This document shows positions 36,175-49,912 of a DNA stretch of 64,000 nt, in pieces (within the stretch, counting starts at the first letter, position 1; each line of letters opens with the position of its first letter). Origin of the DNA: Octopus sinensis (taxonomy: Eukaryota); NCBI RefSeq assembly GCF_006345805.1, contig NC_043021.1, positions 9,424,001-9,488,000 on the forward strand. Direction: 5' to 3'. The translations under genes and the position numbers were made by a program. The notes beneath the pieces are model-generated. The model did no database searches and had not been told where the DNA came from. It saw only the letters and a program-made list of their open reading frames with translations.

Positions 36175-36180
<6 letters not shown>
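35957..36180. repeat. AT-rich palindrome with arms of about 108 bp
   Basis: Arms 35957-36064 and 36073-36180; the adjoining flank 35875-35940 recurs inverted at about 12345-12420. Confidence 0.85.
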
Positions 36181-36220
<40 letters not shown>

Positions 36221-37279
36221 TGAGATTTTCTTATAGTAGTGAAATAGTTAGTTTTAACTGCTATTTCTAAAATTCGGTATGTGGTGAAACAAATTTTTGC
36301 TGAACCCTAATCATAATTGTACTCATAATTATAAATTTTTATGTATAAGTTTACCAATAATGATCCTTTTAACATACTGAACTACTTGGTGTTGAAGCTT
36401 ATATGCTTCAGTGACCCTGAGAACTATACCAGTGTAGCAGAAGCACCTGGTATGGCTTTCCATGCTGGACAGATTGAAGAACAGAGGCCAGATTAATATG
36501 GACCACCTCTGCCCAGAAGGTAAAAATGTATTTGCATAGGGCCAAGACCCTTACCTAGAAAAAGGCAAAGTTAAAGAAGCATTAATGACAATTCAAAACC
36601 AACAAAACCTGGGAGAGAGGAAGGTCCTCCCTCGGGGAAATATATGGTACAGGGCAGCAAAAAAAAGCTGAAACCCAACTTGACAGAAGCCGAAAAGACA
36701 ACCCAGAGTAGGGCAGAGAAAGGTCATCAGAGGCCGATACTCCTTAGGGAGTTATAGAGCTTTGGATTTTTAAGACTAAGATGGTGGATGAGTAAGATGC
36801 TTCACATTATCTACTCTGGTTCTTTGCATTCCGAGTTCAAATCCTGCTCCCTGTCACTGTAGTTGGGCAAACAAGGCATTCGAGATCCAAACGCATCATC
36901 ATCAACATCATCAGCTAACGTCCGTTTTTCCATGCTGGTAAGGGTTGGATGGCTCGACAGGAACTGGTAAGGCCTGAGCTCGCACCAGGTTCCACAGTCG
37001 TGCTTTGACTTGGTTTCTGAGACTGGTTGTAAATCTGTGGATGTGAAATAAAAAAAAAAAAGCGCAATGGCTCGATCGGAGCAGCATCTCTCAACAGTAT
37101 TTACCGACATGCATGAAATGTGAACCCTGCAACTAAAATGGGGGGAAAGAATTTCAAAGACAAAAATTAACAAAAAAAAAAGAAAAGACAAAAATCAACA
37201 ACAAAAAAAAAGGCAAAAAAAAAACATGGAACCAAAGCAAACAGATTAAAAAAGATTTAAACAATTTTTCAATCTCTGG

Positions 37280-37310
<31 letters not shown>

Positions 37311-37825
37311 ATTTTTTTCCATTGTTAATTATACAATATTTTTCACATTCGACATATTGTTTGTCTGTTTGTCAGGTTCTTTGATTTTTTTTTCATTTTA
37401 TAAGAGGAGTTTTCTTTTTAATTAATATTATTATTATTATTATCATTCATGTTATAATCATTATCATTATCATAATTATTATTATCATTATTGGTTTCCT
37501 ACATTTTGTACAAAGTCCTTTTTCTTTCATTCATATTTTTTCTTTCAATTTTTTTTTTTTTTATATTCTATTCTTTTTTTTTATTTCCTTTCCTCTTTTC
37601 CTCTTTCCTTTATTCTTTTTCTCCTTTTGTTTGCTTTCGTATGTTGCAATTGTTTTTAAATCATAATTTTTTTTTTGGTTGCTTTTCAGTCGCTTTTTTC
37701 AGGTCAATTTATATGTGTGTATGTGTGTGCGCGTCTGTGTGAGTGTGCATGCGTGTGTATGCATATATATACATATATATATATATATGTATATAGATAT
37801 ATGTGTGTGCATGTATATATATATA

Positions 37826-37871
<46 letters not shown>

Positions 37872-37954
37872 GTATATATATATATATTATATATATGTAT
37901 ATATATATATGTATATACATATATGTATATATATATATTATATATATATATATA

Positions 37955-38036
<82 letters not shown>

Positions 38037-38647
38037 CATACATAAGGGTCTAGGGATATATATATATCTATATCTATATGTATATATATATATATGTGTG
38101 TTTATATATGGATGTACGCATCTCCAAGTGTACAGTAGGAAGTTTTACAACCGAAGTTGACTCTTGGGTAGAAATCCCACTGGTATTTTTTTTTGTGTGT
38201 ATTATGTTTCTTTTGGTCTTTGTTTTGTCTGTTGTATTTTGTATTTTTTTTTTTGTATTTTGGTGTTGGATGGGTTGAATTGGGGATGGGGGGTGGAAGG
38301 TGGGTGGCATGGTGAGGGGGGGAGGTATTATGAAGAAACTACGAGATCAAATCTACTTGACTAGAATACATTATTATCATTATTATTATCATTATTGTTA
38401 TTGTTATTTTTTATAATGGTTGTTGTTGTTATCATCATCATCATCATCAACATAACCATTACGACTTTTATATAGTTTTTGTTTGTTTTTCTTATTCTTT
38501 GGCGTTTTTCTGTTTCCATTGGTTCATTCTTTCTTTCTTCCTTTCTTTCTTCTCACTCACCTTTTGATTTTTGGGCTTACATAATCACATATATATATTT
38601 ATATATATATATATGTGTGTGTGTGTATATACATAGATATATGTGTG

Positions 38648-38683
<36 letters not shown>

Positions 38684-38702
38684 CATACATACATATATAC
38701 AT

Positions 38703-38788
<86 letters not shown>

Positions 38789-39139
38789 GTATGTATATGT
38801 ATTTAAAGCTTTTTTTTCTTTGTCGATTAATTTTTTTTTTTTCCTTTTTAAATTCATCAATCTCATCGTTAATCTATTCACAAAGAGGTAATTAATTGGA
38901 TTTCTACAATTGAAATAGATTGTTTATTGTAATTATTTATAATATCATTTTTTTTTTGTTTTTGGCTGTTTTTCAGGATTTTTTCTTTAGTATGTAAGCG
39001 CGTGTGTGTGAATGCAAATATATATATATATTAATATGTATGTATGTGCATATATATAATTATATATATATATATATGTAATTATATATATAATTATATA
39101 TATAATTTATATATATAATTATATATATATATATATATC

Positions 39140-39173
<34 letters not shown>

Positions 39174-39313
39174 ATTTTATATATATGTAATTATATATAT
39201 ATATACATATGTGTGTATATATACTTTGTATTCGTGTTAATGTTGAATGAGTGTATATGTGTAATTTGCAATCTATTTTGAGTTAAACAATCCTTTGGAC
39301 TCAGAGTCGACAC

Positions 39314-42260
39314 TCAACTCCGAGTGTTGTTGCCGCCGCCACAGTCTGTCTCTTTAGAAACGGACGAGGATAAATCTACCTCGTCAATGTTATTAGTGTT
39401 TCCAGAGTTCCGAGAAGATTTTCTCTTGAAATAGCTGCTCTTCTTTTCCAACTCTCCTGTACTGAGGGACAGTGAGTCATCATAATCGTCGTAATCATCC
39501 TCCTCATCATCATTGTCGTCATCACCGTCGTCACCACCACCACCACCACCACCACCATCATCATCGTCATCATTATCATCGATATCCTCGTCGTCATCGT
39601 CTTCGTGGTCGTCTGAGTTTAATAATCCCTGCACCAAATTTGTTTCGATCACGCTTTCCCGGTGACCGATTTTTTTAAATGTGAATTTGAGGTTGGAGTT
39701 GTTAGCGTCGCCGTCGTCATCGTCAATATCCCCGACGTTGCTGTCGTCGTTATCAACGTCGATGGCGTCATCGTCGTCTTCATCGTCATTGACATATACA
39801 TTGTCAGCGATGCCAATATCCTCAATGTTGCTATTATTGATATTTACAGTTTTCATTTCAACATCAACATCATCATCATCATCATCATCAACATCGTAAG
39901 CATGACGATCCCCGCCATTATTGTCGACGAGGTTTTCGTCGCCGTCGTCGTCATCGTCGTCCGTCTCGAGATCATTCATCTTGTTTTTGCTGTTCTGCTT
40001 CTTCTTCCTCTTCATCATGTTCTCTCTTTTCTTTTTGTTGACGATGGCATCGAACTCCTCTTCTTCATCGTCGTCATCATCATCAACAACATCATCATCA
40101 TCATCATCATTGCAGATCCTGAAAATGCCATCTTTCCCACCCTTGCCGTCACCAACCACAAAGGCAGAATCAATTCGACGGGTGATGACGTCGTCGTCCT
40201 CATCATCGTCGTCGTCATTATCAGCTTCGACACCTTCGTCGTTATCGTCATTAATGTCAACAACATCATCATCGTTATCGTTCCCACTGTGGGCTAGTTG
40301 TGGTGGTGATGGTGGTGGCGGTGGTGATATTGGTGGTGATTGTGGTGGTAATAAATGCTGCTTCAAGTTGTCTACCGGTGATGAGGAGTTCAAATTAATC
40401 TTATGCCTCTTGTCTCGGACCATGCTCACTAAACTGATATCATCATCATCATCAATGTCATCATCGATGCCGTCACCACCGTCAATAACATTGTCATCGT
40501 CGTCATCACCATAAGCATCAACACTATCATCTTGATGATGACTACCACGGTCATCATCATTAAGGACACCATCCTCATCTTCATCATCTCCAACAACACA
40601 ACCATCAACATTATCACGATCATCATCATCATCATCAACACCGTCGTTAATATTCTGATCATCATTGTCATCCCCAACACCATCACCACCACCACCACCA
40701 CCACCACCATGACCATCACTCTCAACAATATCGATGTCAACATCATCAACATCAATATCATCAACATGGTCCTCTCGGTCAGAGGTGTCTCTATGGCCAT
40801 TGCTTTTATTTTCAGACTCTTTGAAGTCATAGCTTGTTATTGTAGGGGATGTCTCTTTCTCCAAGTCTTTTGTCTTCAGATCTTTGTGTGATGTTGGCAA
40901 TACCAGGTCACCATCACCTTCATGGATGTCGGTTTCCATAGCGACATCGTCCTCTGCATTTGACGTATCTTTGACTTTTGACTTCACTTTCTCCTTGACT
41001 TTCTTGTCACTGTTAGCACCACCGTCGTTTTCATCGACATCATCCAACAATGATTCTAAATCACATCCGCTCGACACTCTCCCTTCCTCGTCTTCGGCTT
41101 CATCATCATCATCATCTATGTCATCTATATCATCTTCATCCTCCGAGCTGGATTTCACATTCAGGTCCTCATAGGAGACGGCCGTCGACTTCAGGTCGAC
41201 CATCGTCACGCCGTGATGGGAGATCAGGTTGTAGAACCGCTCGCAATCCATGGCGAGGAAGTCGGTGAGCTCAACAAATGGGTCGAGGTCAACTGGTGAC
41301 CATTTGGTGGAGAGACTAGATGGTGGTGACGGTGAAATTTCAATACTGATCACGCGATCAGGATGCTTTTTCAAGCTGTGCTCGCGCACCTCTTGCTCCT
41401 CGACCGATGAAAACGAGCAGCAGCCGCAGTAGAAGAGGAAGCCCTCGATGTGGCGGCTGATGTGCTCCTCGTACTGAACAATTTGGTTGGTGCTGAATGG
41501 GCAGTCCATGCAGGCGACCTTCATGCCGTGGGTGAAGAAGTTGTGTAACGAAGTGTGCTTTGTGAAGCGGTCGATATCATTCGTCTGGAACGAGCAGGCG
41601 TTGCAGCAGAATGTCAACGATGAGTACAGATCTTCCTCCTCTTCCTCGTGGTCGGAACCGTCTAAACTGTTGTCGAACTCCTCGTCGTCATCGTAGTCCA
41701 TTCCGTATGGTCCTGTGCCAAACTCTTCGAGGCTGCTATCACTTAGCCCATCACTATCATTGTCACTTCCAATGCTATTTACATCATTGCTGTTGTTGAT
41801 GTTGTTGTTGGTGGTGGTGGTGGTGCTGCTGTTATTGTTAGTGTTCTTTTTCTTCTTCTTCTTCTTCATGATCATCATCATGTTGTTATTATTTTTACCA
41901 ATAGCATTACTGTTGCTATTATTATTATTACTACTATTATTATTACCATCATTGTTATTGTTGTTATTATTATTATTATTTTTATTATTATTATTATCGT
42001 TATTTTTTTTGTTGCTGTTGTTGTTGATCTTGTCGCTCTTGCATGCATCGGCGCCACCGGTCAGTGGCTCTTCCTCGTTGTTCTCCAGATCTTTGCTCTT
42101 CTCTAGTATCTTCAGCTTCCGCTGTTGTGCCAAAGCCGTGGCCTCCTCTTTGGTCAGCGATGGCACCTTATCGATTGCCCTCTTTGGCGTGCTGGACAGA
42201 TTGATAATTTTAATCAAAGGCTCTTTGTGATATTTCCGAATATGAGCTGTCACTCGACAT
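39314..42260 (-). CDS. Zinc-finger gene, terminal coding exon: three fingers, poly-Asn and a very long Asp-rich tail
   Basis: Acceptor ctactttcag; CNAC..HTSLH, CMDC..HISRH and CGCC..HSLKKH fingers; stop TGA at 39314-39316; no convincing internal donor seen. Confidence 0.85.
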
Positions 42261-42767
42261 CTGAAAGTAGAAAGAGACACAATTACACTTCGTTAGTTTA
42301 ATTAACAACTTTCTCCATTTCACTCATTCTTTCATTTTCTCTTCCAGCTCTCTCTCTCTCACACACACACTGTCAGTGTTTCACTTTCTTTCTCTCTCCT
42401 TCTATCTCTCTCCCCCTCTCATTTATTCCCAACTTTAACTCTATCTCACACCGTCAGTGTCTTCACTCTGTCTCTATCTCTGCGTTCCATCATTCTCTCC
42501 CTCTCTATCCCCAATTCTAACTCTCACACTACCAGTGTCTTCTCTCTCCCCCTCTCACACTGTCAGTTTCTTCACTTCTCTCACTCTCTCTCTCTCTCTA
42601 TATCTACCTATCTATCTATCTATCTACTTACCTACCTACCTGCCTACCTATCTATCTATTTATCTATTTATTTATCTATCTATCTATCTATCTATCTACC
42701 TACCTACCTACCTACCTACCAACCTACCTACCTACCTACCTACCTACCTACCAACCTACCTATCTAC

Positions 42768-42799
<32 letters not shown>

Positions 42800-42800
42800 A

Positions 42801-42874
<74 letters not shown>

Positions 42875-43130
42875 ATTTCTTTACTACCCACAAGGGGCTA
42901 CACACAGAGGGGACAAATAAGGACAGACAAAGGGATTAAGTCGATTACATCGATCCCAGTGCGTAACTGGTACTTAATTTATCGACCCTGAAAGGATGAA
43001 AAGCAAAGTCGACCATGGCGGAATTTGAACTCAGAACGTAAAGACAGATGAAATACAGTTAAGCATTTCGCCCGGCATGCTAACGTTTCTGCCAGCTCGC
43101 TGCTTTATTTATTTATCTATCTATCTATCC

Positions 43131-43161
<31 letters not shown>

Positions 43162-43178
43162 CATCTATCTATCTATCC

Positions 43179-43209
<31 letters not shown>

Positions 43210-43210
43210 C

Positions 43211-43241
<31 letters not shown>

Positions 43242-43242
43242 C

Positions 43243-43273
<31 letters not shown>

Positions 43274-43307
43274 CATCCATCCATCCATCTATCCATCCGT
43301 CTGTCTG

Positions 43308-43349
<42 letters not shown>

Positions 43350-43358
43350 CATCCATCC

Positions 43359-43401
<43 letters not shown>

Positions 43402-43430
43402 CATCTATCTATCTATCTATCTATCTATCC

Positions 43431-43465
<35 letters not shown>

Positions 43466-43482
43466 CATCTATCCATCTATCC

Positions 43483-43529
<47 letters not shown>

Positions 43530-43887
43530 ACTGCAATAAGTGTGTGAATCTGAGAGGGGAATATGTTAATAAAATCATAATTAACTGATCCTCCTTTATT
43601 TTCTTTTACCTAAACCCAGGAATGTTTCAGCACTCCCTTGAGATATATATATATATATTATATATATATATATAATATATATATATATATAATAGTTATC
43701 GCCATACTAATATGGCATTCTTATAAAAATAAGAAAAAAGCTGTCCGCTTATTAGCTCCATGAGGCCATCGCCTTAAGTTAGCTATTTGATACACAAACT
43801 GTATCCATATTAGTATGGCGATAACTATTATTTTCCGGGAACGCTGCCGCTGTTCTCTTTAGAGAGACTTAGTTATTTTAATATTTC

Positions 43888-43954
<67 letters not shown>

Positions 43955-46900
43955 TATATATACACACAAACACATTGCGGTTTTTTCAATTGCATGAACT
44001 AAAAGTCAGAGGGTGACAGGATGAGCTACCTGCATCAACTTGCTATAAAAGCAGGTAGTAATTTTACCTTGTACTTATTCTTAGTGAAAATTTTGAAGAG
44101 TGCAGTTCGATTTTAACAGTTATATTTTCAATGCTATAATGGAAGTGACAAAGGAACATATTCAGAATATTTTGCATTATGAGTTCCAAAAATGAAACCA
44201 CGCAATGGAAAGTGTCAGGAATATTAATGCAGTATATGGGGATTGGACAATATGCGTAAGCTAGTGTCAATGGCGGTTCCAGAAATTTCGAGCCAGAAAC
44301 TACAGCCTAGAAGACGAGCCTTGTCCTGGAAGATCTGTAGAGCTTGACAAGGATGCCTTGCAAACCCTGGTGGAACAAAATCACATCATAACTGCTGAGG
44401 AACTAACAGAGATGCTTGGATTTGGCCATTCAACCATTCATCGGCACCTATGTGCCATCAGAAAAGTCAGCAAATTGGGTCAATGGGTTCCTCACAAACT
44501 TCCTAAGTCTTTAACCCTTTACATTCAAACTGGCCAGATCGGGCCTCTCACAACTATCCTACAATGTCCTAAACATAAGCAATGACACCATGAAAATCTC
44601 TTTGCTACAAGATAAAGCATGATTAATTCAAAACAATGTGAATCAATAAGCACTGTATTTCGACAAAGTAATCTGAATGCTAAAGGATTAAGGACTGATA
44701 AAATGAAGTACCAGCGAAATACTGGGGTTGATGTAATCGACTTGCCTCTCCCACCAAAACTACAGGCCTTTTGTCAAAATTAGACAGAATAATTACAGAG
44801 CTAATAATCCTTTCTACTATAGGCACAAGACCTGAAATTTTGGGGGAGGGGACTAGTCGATTACATCGATCCCCAGTGTGAAACTGGTACTTAATTTATT
44901 GATCCTGAAAGGATGAAAGGTAATGTCGACCTCGGCGGAATTTGAACCCAGAATGTGAAGACAGAGGAAATATCACTAAGCATTTCGCCTGGTGTGCTAA
45001 CGATACTGCCAGCTCACCACCCTAATTACGGAACTAATATTGGTTTCAAATTCTGGCACAAGGCCAGCAATTTCTGGAGAGGTGGGTCAGTAACTTTGAC
45101 CCCAATATTCAACTCAGTTTAGCTAAGGCAGCGAGGTGGCAGAATCGTTAGCACGCTGAGCAAAATGCTTAGCAGCATTTCATCTGCTGTTACGTTCATG
45201 GTTCAAATTCCACCGAGGTCAACTTTGCTTTTCATTCTTTCGGTGTCGATAAATTAAGTACCAGTTACGCACTGGGGTGGTTTGTAATCAACTTAATCCC
45301 TTTGTCTGTCCTTGATTGTTCCCTCTATGTTTAGCCCCCTGTGGGCAATAAAGAAATAAGAAACGTTAGCACGTCGGGCGAAATGCCTAGCGGTATTACG
45401 TCTGCCACTACGTTCTGAGTTCAAATTCCACCGAGGTCGACTTTGCCTTTCATCCTTTCGGGATCGATTAAATAAGTACCAGTTACGCACTGGGGTCGAT
45501 ATAATCGACTTAATCCGTTTGTCTGTCCTTGTTTGTCCCCTCTGTGTTTAGCCCCTTGTGGACAATAAAGAAATAGGTATTTCGTCTGTCTTTATGTTCT
45601 GAGTTCAAACTCCGACGAGGTCGGACTTTGCCTTTCATCTTTTTGGGATCGATTAAATAAATACCAGTTACGCACTGGGGTCGATGTAATCGACTTAATC
45701 CGTTTGTCTGTCCTTGTTTGCTCCCTCTGTGTTTAGCCCCTTGTGGACAATAAAGAAATAGGTATTTCGTCTGTCTTTATGTTCTGAGTTCAAACTCCAA
45801 CGAGGTCGGACTTTGCCTTTCATCCTTTGGCGTCAATGAAATGGGTACCAGTTAAGCACTACGGGTCGATGTAATTGATTTACTCCCTCCCTTGTAATTT
45901 CTGATCTTGCACCAAAACTTGAAATCGATATTTGTAAAGTGCCTGTGAAGCTCCAACACATGCCTCGGTAAAAAATTACTCGTGATCCACATAGACAAGC
46001 AAACGCAGTAGAGCGTTCGCTTTGCACGTGAAATGCCCCGGGCTCCATCCCTGACATCGCCAGAATATTTTCACGGCGGTTCCCATAACACCGCCGCAGA
46101 CTTTGGGTTTGGGCGATCTTTCGTCTCTAGTAGACCTTTCCGTCGATTTCCGTAAAAAAATTTTTTTTTTTTACATATGGGGTTGCGGGAACTTTTGAAG
46201 TAATATACATACATATACACATACACCACACCCCATCAAACACACACACACACACATGTACATTAATGCTTCACATGCACGGTAACTTCAAAAGAATTTC
46301 CCTCGTCATACAATCGCTTTCTCTTAGTCTCTTTCGCTCTCATTACTTCAAAAGTTCCCGCAAGCCCATATGTAAAAAAAAAAAAAAATTTTTTTTACGG
46401 AAATCGACGGAAAGGTCTACTAGAGACGAAAGATTGCCTGGGTTTGAAACGCACAAAGGAACTTTTTAAATGTATTTTTTTTTCTCGGTTTAAAATCATT
46501 TCAACAATAATTTGTAAGAAATGAGTTGTCTCCCTTAGACAACACTGCGCGAATGCTTCTTCGCCGTTGCTGTTACTGGTGTAGATAGAAAGCAAGAGGC
46601 CAGGCCTGATTGAGCCGTCTTTAATGATATTTGCGGTTCCTTTTTGTATGCTCAACACTACATTATCGAATATATCTTTATTTTTAATTTTAATGATGTT
46701 AGGGTGTAAGCTGAGGGTGATATGGCTGCTATTTCGAGCAGGCTCCAGCCACCACGTATAAGTTTTCCTCATTGTCTCAAATGTATTGATGGCTTTCGTT
46801 TTTGGATTTGGTTTGCAAGATTCTTTATATGAGTTCGTGTGTTGAAGCATATTCTGTTGTGTCTGGGGAGAGTCATTTGTTTTTTTTTTTGGTGAAGTAC

Positions 46901-48590
46901 CAGCGAAATACTGGGGTTGATGCAATCGACTTGCCTCTCCCACCAAAACTACAGGTCTTTTGTATAAGAAATAGGTGGAAATTTTACAGGTGAGTGTGTT
47001 AAATTATAAGGCACAAAAAGAAAATGACACTCCCCAGATACAACAGAATATTGATGTGTTGTCTATGGACAACTAAATTTTTTCCTGGTCGTCCATACCC
47101 TCGTCGTTACTGGATATGGCTATAATAAAATCAATTCCTGGAATACTGATATAAGGGGGAAGATGGTGGAAGAATTTGAAGTCTAAAATAGGGATACATG
47201 AAATCATGATCATCGTTTAACGTCTGCTCTCCATGCTAGCATGGGTTGGACGATTTGACTGAGGTCTGGCGAACCAGATGGCTGCACCAGACTCCAATCT
47301 GATCTGGCAAAGTTTCTACAGCTGGATGCCCTTCCTAACACCAACCACTCTGAGAGTGTAGTGGGTGCTTTTACGTGCCACTGGCACGAGGGCCAGTCAG
47401 GTGGTACTGGCAACAGTAATGCACAGGAGCCAGTCCAGCGGCACTGGCATCAACCTTGCTCGAATGTTTTTTCATGTGCCACCAGCACAAGTGCTAGTAA
47501 GGCGATGCAGGTAACGATCACGCTCAAATGGTGCTTTTAACGTGCCACCGGCCGGGAGGCCAGCTTGTTGCTCCGGCAACGATCTCACTCGTATGGTACT
47601 CTTAGCGCTCCACAAGCACGGATGCCAGTCATCGAGTTTGATTTAACAATGATAAAACAAAAATTCTTTGAAACTAAAGGTTCTGAGTTCAAACTGAACT
47701 AGGTGATATCTTCACAGTCATCGTTTTGCACAGACTTTTTTCCATGTTGTATGAACAGGATAGGTTTTCTGAGTCAGTGTTTTATAGTTACACATCTTTT
47801 CTGTCATTAACCATTGTAATTGCTCACTTCTTATGATATTGTCTTATGACATCACTTCTTATGACATTCTCGAGCCACGCCAGGCTCATAAGGGCTGGTT
47901 TCCCGGTTTCCTTAGTGTATAGGTTCCCCACCTGGACGGGACACCAGTCCGTCGCAGGTGAGCTGCAAGATGCAGGAGGAAAGAGTGAGAGAAAGTTGTG
48001 GCGAAAGAGTCAGCAGAAGTTCACCATTACCTTCTGCCAGAGCCTTGTGGAGCTTAGGTGTTTCGCTATTAAACATACACATCGCCCAGTCTGAGATTCG
48101 AACCTGCGATCCCTTGACCGCGAGTCCGCTGCTCTAACCACTAGGCCATGTCCCTCCACTTCTTATGATATACATGAATGCTAATGTAACTATTCTAAAA
48201 CTGGAATACAATTACATCATCATCATCATCGTCTTCATCATTGTCACATTCACTTTTCCATGCTTGCATGGGTTGGATGGAGTTTATTATGGTAAATTTT
48301 ATCAAGGCTGGGTGCCCTTTCTGTTATGAATCCAGTACCTGCTTCCAAGCAAAGTAACATTTCCTTATGGTTAGACATGTTTTTGCAGAATATTGGAAAT
48401 GAAAGACATTTGATATGTAACTATATATTCGTATAGGATTGGCTGTGCGGTAAGAAGTTTGCTTCTCAACCAAATGGTTCTGGGTTCAGCCCTACTGTGT
48501 GGTACCTTCAATAAGTGTCTTCTACAGTAGCTCTGGCTCATCAAAGCTTTGTGAGTGGATTTCATAAACAGAAAGTGAAAGAAGCTCGTC

Positions 48591-48666
<76 letters not shown>

Positions 48667-48672
48667 TATACA

Positions 48673-48748
<76 letters not shown>

Positions 48749-48832
48749 CCAATTAAGGACTGAACACGAAAAAGTGGACAGTCAACATATCTAGCATGTT
48801 GACTGTCCACTTTTTCGTGTTCAGTCCTTTAT

Positions 48833-48866
<34 letters not shown>

Positions 48867-48922
48867 GACGTAAACACAGCAGCATCAAGCAATTGTAGGG
48901 AGACAAACACAGACACACAAAC

Positions 48923-48955
<33 letters not shown>

Positions 48956-49124
48956 CATATATACGACAGGCTTCTTTCAGTTTCTGTCTACCAAATCCAC
49001 TCACAAGGCTTTGGCCAGCCCAAGGCTATAGTAGAAGATACTTGTCCAAGGTGCCTTGCAGTGGGACTGAATCCAGAACCATGTGGTTGGTAAGCCAGCT
49101 ACTTACCCCACAGCCACTCCTATG

Positions 49125-49165
<41 letters not shown>

Positions 49166-49192
49166 TATATATACATACACATATATGTATAC

Positions 49193-49223
<31 letters not shown>

Positions 49224-49852
49224 TGTATATCTATATATGTGTGTGTCTTTGGTCTGTGTTTGTATCCCCACCCCACTGCTTGACAACTGGTGTTAGTTTG
49301 TTTATATAACTTTGTGGTTCGGCGAAAGTGACTAAAAGAATAAGTATCAGGCTTACAAAAAAATAATTACTGGGGGTCAATTCTTTCAAATAAAAATTCT
49401 TCAAGGCTGTGCCCCAGCATGGCCACAGTCTAATGAGTGAAACATGTAAAAGATAAACAATAAATATACATATATATAGGCGCAGGAGTGGGTGTGTGGT
49501 AAGTAGCTTGCTTACCAACCACATGGTTCCGGGTTCATTCTCACTGCATGGCACCTTGGGCAAGTGTTTTCTACTATAGCCTAGGGCCGACCAAAGCCTG
49601 GTGAGTGGATTTGGTAGACAGAAACTGAAAGAAGCCCGTCATATATATGTATGTATATATATATATATGTATGTGTATGTGTATATGTTTGTGTATCTGT
49701 GTTTGTCCCCCCAACATCGCTTGACAACCGATGCTGGTGTGTTTACGTCCCAGTAACTTAGCGGTTCAGCAAAAGAGACCAACAGAATAAGTACTAGGCT
49801 TGCAAAGAATAAGTCCTGGGGTCAAGTAAAAAAGAGTAAAAAGTGTAAAGCG

Positions 49853-49912
<60 letters not shown>

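Noticed and set aside
36386-36790. Possible RTE-type LINE 5' UTR with a decayed HDV-like ribozyme (hairpins gaagc/gcttc and tataccag/ctggtatg, cagattaa)
   Set aside because: I could not assemble P1/P3/P1.1, and the resemblance rests on recall only.
38282-38325. G-rich tract with G-quadruplex potential in the probable 3' UTR region
   Set aside because: It is C-rich on the mRNA strand, irregular, and has no supporting context.
39376-42230. Long antisense and alternate-frame ORFs (up to 211 aa) over the Asp/Asn-rich exon
   Set aside because: Shadows of GAT/AAC triplet repeats in the true frame.
45125-45925. CRISPR-like or satellite interpretation of the regular repeats
   Set aside because: The units are SINE bodies with no unique spacers; the context is eukaryotic with no cas genes.
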